DNA of 64,000 bases. It comes from Octopus vulgaris (taxonomy: Eukaryota). The translations under genes were made by a program, and so were the position numbers. Shown here in pieces: positions 1 through 13,463 of this stretch (the first letter of the stretch is position 1; the number at the start of each line of letters is the position of its first letter). The notes beneath the pieces were generated by a model. The model saw only the letters and a program-made list of their open reading frames with translations, was not told the origin of the DNA and did no database searches. The stretch spans positions 66,030,001 to 66,094,000 of the forward strand of contig OX597826.1 of the NCBI GenBank assembly GCA_951406725.2, read 5' to 3'.

Positions 1-878
1 TTAAATACATCATGTCCATAACAGATGTTATCGCTGGACAAATACCACAGTTAATGTATTATACATCAAGTATAATACACAGATGGCTATTTTAGTCTAA
101 TACAGCTTCTGTTATACAGAAGAGCATTAGGAAGAGCATCCAGCTGCAGGCACCACGCCACAACAGACCGTTGCAGTCTGGACAGCTCCCCAGCAGGCCA
201 GTTCCATGTCAAACTGTCCAACCCATGCCAGCACAGAAAGAAAACATTAAGTAATGCTGATGCTGCTGCTGATGATGATGATATTCCAAGCCTGCAGGAG
301 TCAGGTGAATTTCTCGAGGCACGTTTTCTATGGCTGGATGTCCTTCCTGTTGCCAACCCTCACTCATTTCCAGACAAAGCAAAGTAATATTTCTCCATGG
401 CCAGACATGCTTCACACAGAAGACTGGAAATGAACAACACCACTTGTATCCCATCTGGTGCTCATTTACAATCATCATATGATGTCAAGACAAGCATATA
501 CAGTAACACCCACACACACACGATGGGCTTCTGTTTACCAAATCTGCTCACAAGACAAAGTAATAACACCCCCACCACATCACCGTCATTATAGATTAAC
601 TAATAACACACAAACAAACACCAGCTGCTCATAGTCTTCTCGGCTCATTAAATGTGTTGTCACCTCTTCTCAACAGCTGCTTCTGTTGATTTTAAAATTA
701 AAAGTTGGTAAATAAATCGACATTGTTTGGTCATTGGTTTAACTGGCCAAACAAAACAGAATAGCTTCACTGAGCTTGGCCTTTTATACCAGTAGTTCTC
801 AACCACAGCTACCAGGGATGGATGCAGTCCCTGAGCATCCTTCTAGCAGCTCCTGACAGTTTTCCCTCCATGGTGGCA

Positions 879-910
<32 letters not shown>

Positions 911-919
911 CAACCTTTG

Positions 920-1575
920 AGGCAAAGTGGCTGAGTTCATTTCAAGCGTTGGGCCTCACGGAAGCAAAATGGCTGAGTTCATTTCAAGCGTTGGGCCTCA
1001 TGGAAGCAAAGTGGCTGAGTTCATTTCAAGCGTTGGGCCTCACGGAAGCAAAATGGCTGAGTTCATTTCAAGCATTGGGCCACATGGAGGCAAAGTGGCT
1101 GAGTTCATTTCAAGCATTGGGCCTCACGGAGGCAAAGTGGCCAAGTTCATTTCAAGCATTGGGCCTCACGGAGGCAAAGTGGCTGAGTTCATTTCAAGTG
1201 TTGGGCCTCATGTCTGCAAAGTGGCTGAGTTCATTTCAAGCATTGGGCCTCACGGAAGCAAAGTGGCTGAGTTCATTTCAAGCATTGGGCCTCACGGAGG
1301 CAAAGTGGCTGAGTTCATTTCAAGCATTGGGCCTCACGGAGGCAAAGTGGCCGAGTTCATTTCAAGCATTGGGCCTCACGGAAGCAAAGTGGCTGAGTTC
1401 ATTTCAAGCGTTGGGCCTCACGGAGGTATAGTGGCCGAGTTCCTTTCAAACATCAGGTCTCTGAAGGCAAAGTGGATGAGTTCCTTTTGAGCATTGGGTC
1501 TGACAGAGGCAAAGTGGCTGACTTCTTTTCGAGTGTTGGGCCTCATGGAGGCAAAGTGGCAGAGTTCCTTTCGAG
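920..1575 (+). repeat. 42-bp minisatellite (~15 copies) running into an RTE-type 3' tail
   Basis: Unit ggaggcaaagtggctgagttcatttcaagcattgggcctcac is repeated in tandem; this explains the 14-aa periodic ORFs 927-1490 and 949-1431. Confidence 0.9.
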
Positions 1576-1860
1576 TGGAGGCAATGACCAAGACCTTTGG
1601 CATTATGTCATGCTCGAGAAGAAGACCCATTAAGCCGAGCAAAATCGCAGTCGTGGCTGATACTGGTGTCACACAAATGGCACCCATGCCGGTGGCATGT
1701 AAAAGCACCCATTACTCTCTTGGAGTGGTTGGTGTTAGGAAGGATATCCAGCTGGAGAAAACCATACTAAATCAGACTGGAGCCCAACACAGCCTTCCAG
1801 TGCGCCAGCCCAATCAAACTGTCCAACCCATGCCAGCATAAGCAACGGACGTTAAATGAT
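1575..1860 (+). mobile_element. RTE-LINE-type 3' tail repeat
   Basis: ggtggcatgtaaaagcaccc...ggagtggttggtgttaggaagg...gtccaacccatgccagcat...gttaaatgat; the same tail recurs more than 10 times in the window, usually ending in (GAT)n. The RTE assignment is inferred. Confidence 0.7.
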
Positions 1861-2087
1861 ACTCTTACTCTTTACTTGTTTCAGTCATTTCACTGCGGCC
1901 ATGCTGGAGCACTGCCTTTAGTCAAGCAAATCAATCCCAGGACTTATTCTTTGGAAGCCTAGTACTTATTCTTTGGAAGCCTAGTACTTATTCTATTGGT
2001 CTCTTTTGCTGAACCGCTAAGTTACAGGGATGTAAACACACCAGCATCAGTTGTCAAGCGATAATGGGAGGACAAATACAGACACAA

Positions 2088-2126
<39 letters not shown>

Positions 2127-2290
2127 CGACGGGCTTCTTTCAGTTTCCATCAACCAAATCCACTCACATGGCTTTGGTTGGCCCGAAGATATAGAAGACA
2201 CTTGCCCAAGGAGCCATGCAATAGGACTGAACCTACTGAAACCGTGTGGTTGGTAAGCAAGCTACTTACCACACAGCCACTCCTAAGCCT
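1861..2290 (-). mobile_element. tRNA-derived SINE, family A
   Basis: Minus strand has A box tggctgtgtgg, a degenerate B box, CORE-like ccttgggcaagtgtctt, internal (TA)/(CA) microsatellite and tail ...aaacaagtaaagagtaagagt. Confidence 0.85.
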
Positions 2291-2409
2291 ATATGATGAT
2301 GATGAAATATAAATTCTTCTTCAATTGATTTGTATTTTACTTGTTTTGGTGTGCCCCCACCCCTTAAAAAATCCAGGTTTTGGGTCTGATTCAGATACAC
2401 ACCCTCGTG

Positions 2410-2585
2410 TGTGTATTAGGAGTTTCATAGTCACCATTGCAGCTGTCCATGTCATGTCTTACAGCTATTACAATGTTCACAAAGCATTGAGCAGTAGTCA
2501 TGAAGTTAGTATTTTGATATCTAGTGCGAATCACCATGATACAGGTAGCTCTTTTCCAATATTCAGATGGCTTCCAGTCTCCCAT
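2410..2585 (-). pseudogene. Tc1/mariner-superfamily (maT/DD37D-like) transposase N-terminal relic
   Basis: MGDWKPSEYWKRATCIMVIR...RHDMDSCNGDYE resembles the N-terminal HTH region of such transposases (recognised by eye). Confidence 0.4.
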
Positions 2586-3660
2586 GTCCGCTAACTTTCT
2601 CTCAACTACATCTTTATGCTCTCCGATGCTATAGACGCATCGCAAATATATCAAGTTGTTCCCAGGAAAAAAGGAGACATAAAAAAAGTCATCAAATTTA
2701 GCCCAAACACCCTATACATCTCTATATAGCTGTCCTAACTATATACAGCCTGGATGTGTATGTTCTTATATATGACCTCTGTGTACGTCAGTATATATAC
2801 ATACAGACCAGTGTGAGCACACATGCTCATACATCAGTGCCCATACATACACACACGTGTGTGTAGTGTACTTACATCCATACACAGGTACACCCTATGT
2901 ACATCTATACATGCATATAGTGTATATTTAAACACATAGAGAATCCACTTATAGGGATTCTACGCATTAGAAAGAACAGCTAAGTTCTAAGACCACAAAA
3001 AATTTGGGACAAAATTCGGCAGGAATAAATTTGGAAATGAAAAACATTTACCATCTAGTTTCTTGGACCAATTGGTTTCTAATCATCTTTTAGCGGGTCA
3101 TGGAGAACTCACAAGGTTTGATTTTCTTCAGCAGGTCCAACCTAGTGCTAAACATATCCACACTAGACAAACAAGGCTACCTGTCTCGTGTTTATACGAG
3201 CTAACTTTTCAAATTTAATGCGCAGACGCAGTCCTTCGTTGGCTACAATAAAACTGCCAAACTTATTAACCGAAAATTATCCAAAAACTATGACATATAT
3301 CACTGTATGTGTGTGTTATGTCTATGTCCTTATATACACCTCTGTAAGAGAGAGAGAGTGTATGTGTGCACAAGTGTGTATGTTTATGGCTCCATACATA
3401 CACACCTCTATACATTTGTGTGTATATATCTGTTTGTATGTTCAAGTTGGGAAGAGGGTTGCAAAGTTCCTGGCTCAGGGTAAAAGAAAATACAGAAGGC
3501 CCAGTTAATTATGATTTTATTCAGTATATTCCCCTCTCAGATTCACAAACTTATTGCAGCAGTCCTTCAGTCTTTCTAAGCTCAGTAAAGGAACTCAGAA
3601 GGTTGGGCCTTCATAATAACCTTAAACGCAGGAACTTTTCATCAACCCCTCATATATATA

Positions 3661-3946
3661 CAGTGATCCCTCGACTATCGCGGGTGTTACATTCCAAAAC
3701 CCCCAGGATAGGTGAAAATCTGATGTAGAAACAGTACTAAACTGTATATTTTGTTTTATTATTTTTATAATTTCTATATATTATATTATAAATGCAAAAC
3801 AATACCACGGAGGAGTCGATGTAAGCTTAAATAATAAACCACGATAAGGGAACCACGATAGGGGAACCGCCATAGGGGAACCGCAATAGGGGAACCACAA
3901 TAGGGGAACCGTGATAGGGGAACCGTGATAGGGGAAGGGATTACTG
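3661..3946. mobile_element. pogo/Tigger-like MITE with an expanded 15-bp subterminal repeat
   Basis: TA|cagtgatccctc ... gaagggattactg|TA; ~7 copies of accgcgataggggaa-like units at 3838-3936. Confidence 0.75.
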
Positions 3947-5779
3947 TATACGCAAACACATACACATGTCTGTGTATTCTTGAAGTGGTACTTGTAGCAT
4001 TGGTAGGGATAACAGTGGTGGTTGCAGTTATAGTAGTGACTGTGATGATTGCTGAGGTGGTGGTTGTGGTAGTAGCTGTACCAGTTGCAGTGGCGGTCAT
4101 TGCCATTATAGTAGAAACAGTGATAGTATAAGTGCATCTTTGTGGATATCTACTCACATATATACACACGCCTGTATGACTATGCGTACATAGATATCTA
4201 CAAATGCACCTGCATGTGTATTCATGCATGCCACATGTTTGTTTGTTTGTTTCATGTGTGTAAACAAGTTTCTATAACTTCTTACATACAAGTGAAGGCT
4301 ATTCAGTGTCAGTGTCATTGACGTCATTGCCACCATCATTATCATCATCATCATTGTTGTCATCATTTTTGCTGTCATCACTATCATCATTGTCATCGTC
4401 GTTATCATCCTCATTGTCAGCATCATCATCATCATCATTGTCTTCATTTTATGTCTGCTTTCCAAGCTGACTTGGGCTGAAAAGGCCATCACACTCTAAG
4501 TCGGTTGTTTATCAGTGTTACTACCCTTCTTGATAGTTCAGAGGAGCATAGAGAACCATGCCTCCCTCGTTCATTCCATTTTCATTATACCCCTCCACTC
4601 TACCTCACATGCTCTATGCCTTCTCAAATCTACCATACCCTCCCCCAGCCACTCCAATTTCCCTCACCATAACTGCTAAAATGACCTCTTCTCTGTCCCT
4701 AATCATCATCATCATTGTTCGACTGTGGTCGAGACAATGGAATTTACCATGCTACGCCAGACTTCACGGTCCATCATGGCATTATGGAGGTCCTGTTGCT
4801 AAACATTACCCCACACAGTCTTATGAAACATACCCCACAATCCCCTTCTGTATCACTTATATTCAGCTACTCCCAATGTTCCCTGTGGGTCCTGATGCAT
4901 CTCCCACACCATCTATTTCTCCACTCTCTTTCTATCTCTCCTCTTTTCCTAGTGGGGTAGCCAAGTATCTCTTCTACAGTAAGACTCCTACCTCCATCCT
5001 TCTATTATTTGTGCCTCTCACCTGGCACAAAGCCACCTCCCTCAGTACCACACCCTCTCCCTCACGAGTCCCTTGGCAACTGTGCTAGTGTTGGTGTTGC
5101 ATAAAAAGCACCCTGTACATTCTGTAAAGTGGTTGGCATTAGGAAGGGCATCCAGCTGTAGAAATCATACCAGACCAGACAATGGAGCATGATGCAGCTC
5201 TCCAGCTTGCAGACTCCTATCAAGCCGTCCAACCATTGCCAGCATGGAGGATGGACATATTATGCTGACTGACATCCTCCAGGTCAACTTCTCTCCTACA
5301 GACTACATTGGTTTCCTCCTATATCCAGTTTTACCCTCAACTAATTTGTACTCCATCATTCATGTACAATTTCTCAACCATTTTACTCTTGTGTAACACA
5401 TAAAATAAATTACATGTCTCAAGGAACCCCTGCACAAAAAAAGAATTATATACCATATCTTTCTCATATTTTTTCATTGTAGTTCACAAGGTAAATACCA
5501 TATATAAATAAATATATATATATATATAATTAATAATATCAAGGGTAATAAGAAATATTAGAAATTTCTACAACCAGTAGCCTAACGTGTAAAAATTTAG
5601 TCAACAGACTATATATTATTCATATAAATACAGTGTACATTTAAACACTTAAGAGGCATCCATCACAGGACTCCTTGCACGCTAGAAAGAACAGTTAAGT
5701 TCCAAACCACTATTAGGGATAAAACTGTTCTTTATAGCATGCAAGGAGTCCTATGATGGATGCCTCTCATGTGTCTAAC

Positions 5780-5975
5780 TCTCTTTTACTCTTTTACTTG
5801 TTTCAGTCATTTGACTGCGGCCATGCTGGAGTACAGCCTTTAGTTGAGCAAATTGACCCCGGGGCTTATTCTTTGTAAGCCCAGTACTTGTTCTATCAGT
5901 CTCTTTTTCCAAACCGCTAATTGACGGGGACGTAAACACACCAGCATCAGTTGTCAAGCAATGCTAAGGGGACAA

Positions 5976-6027
<52 letters not shown>

Positions 6028-6191
6028 GACAGGCTTCTTTCAGTTTCTGTCTACCAAATCCACTCACAAGGCATTGGTCGGCCCAGGGCTATAGCAGAAG
6101 GCACTTGCCCAAGGTGCCACGCAGTGGGACTGAACCTGGAACCATGTGGTTTGTTAGCAAGCTACTTACCACACAGCTACTCCTGCGCCTA
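5780..6191 (-). mobile_element. tRNA-derived SINE, family A (a headless second copy follows at ~6270-6570)
   Basis: Minus-strand head aggcgcaggagtagctgtgtggtaag...ggttcagtccc; same body as 1861-2290. Confidence 0.85.
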
Positions 6192-6855
6192 AATCTACAC
6201 TATTTATATATATATATATACATACATACATACACACACATACACAAACTCACACACACATATATACACACTCTTTTATGCGTTTCAGTTATTTGAATGC
6301 AGCCATGCTGGAGCACTACCTTTAGTCGAGCAAATCAACCCCAGGACTTATTCTTTGTAAGCCTAGTACTTAGTCTATCAGTCTCTTTTGCCAAACCGCT
6401 AAGTTATGGGGACGTAAACACACCAGCATCAGTTTGCAAGTGATGTTGGGGGGACAAACACAGACACACAAACATACACACACATACATATATATGATGA
6501 TGATGATATATATATATATATATATATACAATGGGCTTCTTTCAGTTTCTGTTTACCAAATCTACTCATATGTATAAATATATTACGATCATTAAAATTA
6601 GCGTTAGTTTATCTCACTCTTTCTCGTGGAACCCTAGGGTTCCGGGGAAACCCTTGAGTTCTGAGGAACCCCGGTTGAGAAAAGCTGATGTACACTAATG
6701 ATACATATCAGCAAAACAGGCTTACTTCAATATTTCAAGTTTCCTGCAATGCTCTGAATATTAGGGGGCAGTCTCAAAAATGCTTAGTGGTGATATATAA
6801 TTAGAGCCTGTGCATGTCTGTTTTGATTCTTACTTTACCCTTCTCATCCAATATA

Positions 6856-7413
6856 TTGGGTTGTCCGGAAAGTTCATGCCGATTTATAGTAGCTTACCTT
6901 TCGATTTATTTTAGAACATGTTTGAGTCCATAAAATAGGATTTGACTACACCTCCATTTAGAGCACAGTTTAAGCTGTCTTTTCGTGGAAGAAGGTTTAT
7001 GTTCCTATAACCTGTGTTAATTCTGTAACCCTTTAAAATGGAAGATAAGAAAGTTCATTTTCGGCACTTGATACTTTGTCATACCATCCAACCCATGCTG
7101 CAGTTCGGCTGGGATGTGTTATACCCCATCCTCCATATTCACCAGATATTGCTCCTTCAGACTTCCACTTATTCAGGTCTCTGCAGAATTGTCTTAATGG
7201 TAAAAATTTCAATTCCTTGGATGATGTAAAAAGATACCTTGATGAATTCTTTGCCATGAAACCACCTCAGTTCTGGGAAGAAGGTATTTTCAAGTTAAAG
7301 GAAAGATGGAGACACATTGTGCAACAAAATGGTTCATATTTGGTTGATTAAAACTGTAATGGCAAGTATTTATTGACCTTTTTCTTTCCTTTAAAAATTG
7401 GCACGAACTTTCC
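6856..7413 (+). mobile_element. Internally deleted mariner element
   Basis: TA|ttgggttgtccggaaagttcatgccgattt and a partial right TIR aaattggcacgaactttcc; N-terminal MEDKKVHFRHLIL is joined to C-terminal HPPYSPDIAPSDFHLFRSLQN. Confidence 0.9.
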
Positions 7414-7757
7414 AGAGGCAAGTGAAAATCAAATCAAATCAAATCAAATCAAAATAGATGAACATCAATGGAATTTGTATCTTTGTGGTACCAGTGCCGG
7501 TGGCACATAAGAAAACCATCCAAACATGGCCGTAGCCAGTACCGCATCGACTGGCCTCCGTGCTGTGGGCACGTAACAAACACCATCCGATCGTGGCCGT
7601 TTCGGAGTGGTTGGCGTTAGGAAGGGCATCCAGCTGTAGAAACACTGCCAGATCTGACTGGCCTGGTACAGCCTTCGGGCTCGCCAGACCCCAGTTGAAC
7701 CGTCCAACCCATGCTAGCATGGAAAGCGGACGCTAAATGATGATGATGATGATGATG
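7414..7757 (+). mobile_element. RTE-type 3' tail, truncating the mariner right TIR
   Basis: Same tail family, ends in (GAT)n. Confidence 0.75.
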
Positions 7758-8263
7758 TGTGTGTGTGTATGTGTGTGGTATATTTTAATTGTGCATTAAA
7801 CCATAAAAGAACAAAAAAAGTTCCCAGCTGCTTTTCTTTTATATTATCCTTTTCTTATACTTTACAGGTTTACCTGCAACAAGCAGCACATCAAACTGTA
7901 TTAAACTAGGCCAGCAGAAAATATCAGAGATCAGATCTTTATACTGTATCAATAGTCATTGAACACCTGAGTTTTACTATATCCAAACAAAGATCGCTGG
8001 TCGGTGCGAGGTGACATGATGAGACACTGTTAGTGTCCACAATGCTCTTTTACTTGTTTCTGTCATTTGACTGCAGCCATGCTGGAGCACTGCCCTTCAG
8101 CCAAACAAATCGATCCCACATGCCTACATTTTCACTAACTGATCTTTAAACATTAAACTTTCATGAGACTGACATCCCTTCTTGACTAATCTATGTGAAG
8201 AATGGAGTTTTTCTTGAAAGAATTACTGGACCCTTCTCAAATACTTTATATGACTACATGCAT

Positions 8264-8299
<36 letters not shown>

Positions 8300-8306
<7 letters not shown>

Positions 8307-8582
8307 CATATCATCCGAACGTGGCTGTTGCCAGTGCCGCCCCGACTGGCTTCCGTGCTGGAGGCACGTTAAAAGCACCATCCGATCGTGGTCGTTGCCA
8401 GCCTCGCTTGGCCTCCGTGCCGGTGGCACGTAAAAAGCACCATCCGATCGTTAGGAAGGGCATCTAGCCGTAGAAACATTGCCAGATCAGACTGGGCCTG
8501 GTGCAACCATCTGGCTTCCCAGAACTCAGTTGCACTGTCCAACCCATGCCAGCAAGGAAAGCGGATGCTAAACGATGATGAT
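8300..8582 (+). mobile_element. RTE-type 3' tail
   Basis: ccgtgccggtggcacgtaaaaagcacc units plus the terminal gatgatg. Confidence 0.7.
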
Positions 8583-8600
8583 TCATATATATATAGAGAG

Positions 8601-8649
<49 letters not shown>

Positions 8650-8671
8650 CATTCATATATATAGAGAGATA

Positions 8672-8705
<34 letters not shown>

Positions 8706-8722
8706 CACATTCATATACAAAG

Positions 8723-8760
<38 letters not shown>

Positions 8761-8772
8761 TCATATACAAAG

Positions 8773-8812
<40 letters not shown>

Positions 8813-8824
8813 TCATATACAAAG

Positions 8825-8871
<47 letters not shown>

Positions 8872-9032
8872 CATTCATATACAGAGATATGTGTATATAT
8901 ATATATATATATATATTTATACATTCATATACAGAGATATGTATATATATATATATATATATATATTTATACATTCATATACAGAGATATGTATATATAT
9001 ATATATATATATACACACATTCATATACAGAG

Positions 9033-9076
<44 letters not shown>

Positions 9077-9091
9077 TCATATACAGAGATA

Positions 9092-9123
<32 letters not shown>
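8580..9123. repeat. Compound minisatellite: acattcatatacagagatatgtgt + variable (TA)n, ~11 units
   Basis: Read directly from the sequence. Confidence 0.9.
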
Positions 9124-9124
<1 letters not shown>

Positions 9125-9302
9125 TGGCAGGGCATTGATCGTTGATGATCTATTTCTAGCATACGGCCGACTACCTAGCAGTCTTGCCCTGCCAATATAC
9201 ACATGTATTAGAATTTTCTCTGATTTCTCAGATTTTTTGTATGCTAGACTACTGGTTTTAAATTGATATTAAAATTAATATTAATTTATCTCCCTCATTA
9301 TT

Positions 9303-9346
<44 letters not shown>

Positions 9347-9349
<3 letters not shown>

Positions 9350-10240
9350 GGGAGGGCAAAATTAGTGACCGGGGTAAAATGAGTAATTCCTGATTTCTTA
9401 TTTTCTCCCTGTGTTTGAAATCATTACACTGCAAGCATTGTATCATCTTCAGAGGCAAAAGCTGGTCAGCATAGTTATTGTTGTTGTTAAGGGAGTCGAA
9501 AACATAGTCAGGGTAACAAGTACTTTTCAAGAAATTTTCCTTCAACTTTGACCCAATTATAAGCGAGGTCACTAATAAAATATATGGATAACTTTTGGTG
9601 TTTAACAATCGATATTCCCTCTTCTGTTCGATTCCAAGTCAATTTTTACCCACGCCAATGTCTAATTTGATCATTTTCAAGTTTTAGAAAATGATGTCTA
9701 AAATGGGGTAAAATGAGTAATGACCAATTTCAATAAATTCTCTTTAATTTCATGGTGTGTAAAATATATCACAAATGGAGACACTCCAGCAGATCGTGAA
9801 AATGCTATAGATAATATCTTATGTTGATTATTTTTTATTTATTTAGTCAAGTTTCGTTAATTTCATATGTGCCATTTTACCCCCGACCCTCTTTCATTAG
9901 ATCTTGATATTTAAATTTTTATTTGTATTTCTGATCTATCTGATGTCTACGGATGGATACCCATGTGTACGAGTCAGTTCTCAAATGTAATTCTGGAAAA
10001 CTGAAGCAGCGAATTTACTCATTTTGCCCCAGCCAAATTTGTCTTTTATATGCTCAAAGGAGAACGGCGATAATTTTCTGAAATAGTGTTTAGATTATAA
10101 TATTTTTAATGCATTTAGGGAAGGCCACTTGCTTAGCTGATGGATTTTGTAAAGTAGGGGTCATTTGTAAAAACTATGTTTTGTCGTAAAAGTTTAAAAA
10201 AAAGAAGAAAAAGGCAGTAAAAACTCCATCTCCTTATATA
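9347..10240. mobile_element. Probable non-autonomous DNA transposon
   Basis: Motif ggggtaaaatgagtaa at ~9371 and ~9704, with inverted versions (cattttacccc, ttactcattttgcccc) further right; ends uncertain. Confidence 0.4.
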
Positions 10241-10532
10241 ATGATATACTTGAAGCCGAAACCCCAATTAATATAAACGGGAATCTTATTACATACTTAA
10301 CACACACACACACAAACACACATACATACACGAGAGGTGACAGTGCGACCAGTTCATAGGTTCAGACCTGGGAAATCCCCCCCCCCCCCGAGTCTCTTCC
10401 CAGCTGGGGAGGAGATAAAGCAAACTCGTTCGCCTCTGCAAAAGTTTTTTCGTGTTAATATTAGTAAAATTAAGCATACACGTATACTGGAAAACGGAAA
10501 TAATAAAAAAAATAAAGCAAGGATTGTTTGTT

Positions 10533-10564
<32 letters not shown>

Positions 10565-11206
10565 CGGTAATTACACACATCTTTTTAAAGTATTTAAATG
10601 TTAAAACCAAATATATTTAATGAACATGTGGTCTGTAAACATATGCATGGGTTTAGAAGTATATACCCATATATATATATATATATATATATAGGCGGAG
10701 GTAAAGGACGTGGACCACGCGCCCTTTCGGTTTTTCTTTTTGTTTTTTCTTCTACAAAAAACCCACTTTTTCGATATGGAGATTCCGAATCTGAAGAAGA
10801 AAAATCGGTTTTTCAAAATTTTAATTTCTTCCTCCACCCCCACCTCCAATTTATCACTTTTTTTTTAGAAATTTCTTTTTGGCGAAATACGTAGAAAAAT
10901 ACGGAGACTATGATTCTGAAAACAAATTTCGTAAAATTTCAAATTTTTCAAAAATAAATTAAGTAAATAAATAAATAACCCCACCTCCACTCTGCCAGCG
11001 CATCTGTGACAGAAAGTGAACATCATGTGGTTGAGGGTCTTTTGGAATTAAGAGAGGTATGTAAAAATTATTTTGCACACACACGACAACAAAATCACAT
11101 TTAAAACTTTTTTTTTCTTTTTCGGTAATTAGTATTTAGAAAGTGGATCTTCGGTTTGGCTGTTGTTTCTAGCTTGTCGGACTTCTCCGGGTGGAGCTTG
11201 GGTCTA

Positions 11207-11251
<45 letters not shown>

Positions 11252-12119
11252 ATATATATATATACATATACACACACATACTTCTAGTGGGGAATTCTTT
11301 TTAGCTAGTTTATAAACAAGTGTTTAGCCACGTGGTTCTGGGATCGATCCCGCAGAACGGCAACTTGGCTATGTTTCGTGTGCAGTAATTAGTTCAAAGA
11401 GGGAAGTGATTTTTATGTCGTACCTAAGAGAAACTTTGACATTCCGAGTAGAGCCCTTTGTCGGAGAGATGAGTGAATTTTCTACGACAGGCAGCGGAAT
11501 TAAAGAGACAGAAACCTTATGAAAGTCTTGTTATTTATATATGTGTGTGTGCGCGCGAAGAAATTTAAGAACCCCGAAAGTTTTTTTGTTTTTTTTCAAT
11601 TATAGATATTATTCAATTATAGATATTTTAAGCTTCTAAAAGCTTCACGTTATTGATTATTCAACCGATTTAAATAATTACTAGAGAGAGAGGTTTGCAT
11701 AAATGGAAAAAAAATCGTTGTTGCTTTTTAAACACTGCATATCCGTCCGAAGGGTCGGCCGCAACGAACCCAGGGAAGAGGCGATGCAGAAACCAAATGC
11801 TGCTTAATGCATGCTGTGACTCGCTGTCATTAAATAAATCCAATTAGGCCCCCCAAAATATTGCTTTGCTCCAAGGCGTGTGTAGGTGGCTGCAAAACAT
11901 CGATAAGACAGTCCCCTCGCCTTTAAGCGCCGCAATGAAGCGATTCAACCGGCAGGTAACGAGGAAAATATAGCTGGAGAAGATACACCATTGAAAGCTA
12001 TAGACCCAGCTCGGCTGCAGTCCAATTAATTGCTGGAACCACTTAATAAAAAATGATTATAAGATACGGACGTATTACGGAAATTAAGTGAATATCATGT
12101 AGGCATGTGGTTTACTTAC

Positions 12120-12300
12120 CGGTTTGGTTCCTGTTCCAGGATATGTGAGTTCGCCGTTGTTGCAGAGGTACAAGATGAATGTAAAAATGTAAAAAAACTC
12201 ACACACAGAGGGCAGGCAAAAAAACCACAACAATAACCAACATAAGAGAAGACTCCAATGCGTGCGGCGACGACGGTGGCGAAGGAGTCACACAAAGACT
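12120..12300 (-). other. Candidate non-coding/5'UTR exon with a strong splice donor
   Basis: Minus strand CCG|GTAAGT at 12120/12119 ends a unique, CpG-retaining segment; 5' boundary uncertain. Confidence 0.4.
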
Positions 12301-12400
12301 GTGACGAGAAATTGTAACTTGTGATGGTGTTGATGGTGGTGGTGGTAGTTGTAGTAAGATAGCGAGGGGGAGTGGATAGATAGTTCACATATATATATGA

Positions 12401-12453
<53 letters not shown>

Positions 12454-12596
12454 TTACACGCACGCACATAAATACTCTCTATACTATTACTACAACACCA
12501 CCTAAGTTTATATATATATACAAACACACATTAGAGAGCGAATGTATGTGTATACATATATATATATATGTGTGTGTGTATTATATATAAATATAT

Positions 12597-12671
<75 letters not shown>

Positions 12672-12844
12672 TATATATAAATATATATTGTATATATATA
12701 TATGTGTGTGTATTATATATAAATATATATTGTATATATAAATATATATATATGTTATATATATAAATAAATATATATATTATATATATATAAATACATA
12801 TATTATATATATATTATATATATATTATATATATATATAAATAC

Positions 12845-12908
<64 letters not shown>

Positions 12909-12969
12909 TATATTATATATATGTAAATATATATATATATATATATATACATATTTATATATATAAACA

Positions 12970-13002
<33 letters not shown>

Positions 13003-13346
13003 GATATATATGTGTATATATATACATAGTAAACTTTGGTTGCAGAACAAACAAACATAAGGTCATCCACATAACATATCACATCTTGAACATTTAATCA
13101 CATAATGCTTTTTCTTTCACATAGAATATAGATGCATAAAATCACAGAAGATGGAACATAGTTCATCAATACAAGCATATAAGGCAAATGTGGGAGTACA
13201 GTCTATTGCGATTCAAAATTAATATTAAGCGACAAGAAAAATATATTTGAACATTATAACATCTAGAATAATAAATATATAAAAATATAAAGAAATATAT
13301 AAATATATAAATCAATAAATATATTCAAAAAGCAATAAAGATTCAA

Positions 13347-13463
13347 GATGAGTACGGGACACGTTTATATGCTGCAATTTTTGCAACTTTTAATAAAGCC
13401 TGTCCTTGTATGAAACGATTGTACTAAAAACCTATCCATTCTTGTTGCTTTTTTCTCGCTTAT
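13347..13463 (+). mobile_element. Truncated pLTR end of PLE family 1 (HHR lacking its 5' stem I and the CT of the core)
   Basis: Near-identical to 31751-31868. Confidence 0.8.

Noticed and set aside
927-1490. Repetitive protein gene
   Set aside because: The ORF arises from a 42-bp minisatellite in a retroposon tail, with a non-ATG start and no splice context
7830-8035. Plus-strand coding exon after a polypyrimidine tract and tttacag|G (~7867)
   Set aside because: Stops occur in all three frames and there is no clear donor; a non-coding exon cannot be excluded
8580-9123. CRISPR-like repeat/spacer appearance
   Set aside because: The spacers are only (TA)n, there are no cas genes and the context is eukaryotic
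8388-9266. Long YI/IY, CV, TH, poly-I/V/D/H ORFs here and throughout the window
   Set aside because: They are translations of (TA)n, (CA)n, (AAT)n, (GTG)n and (CAT)n microsatellites
11437-11468. Possible minus-strand HHR relic (ccgacaaagggct..ctcggaatgtca)
   Set aside because: Both conserved core segments are mutated, so it is too degenerate to support
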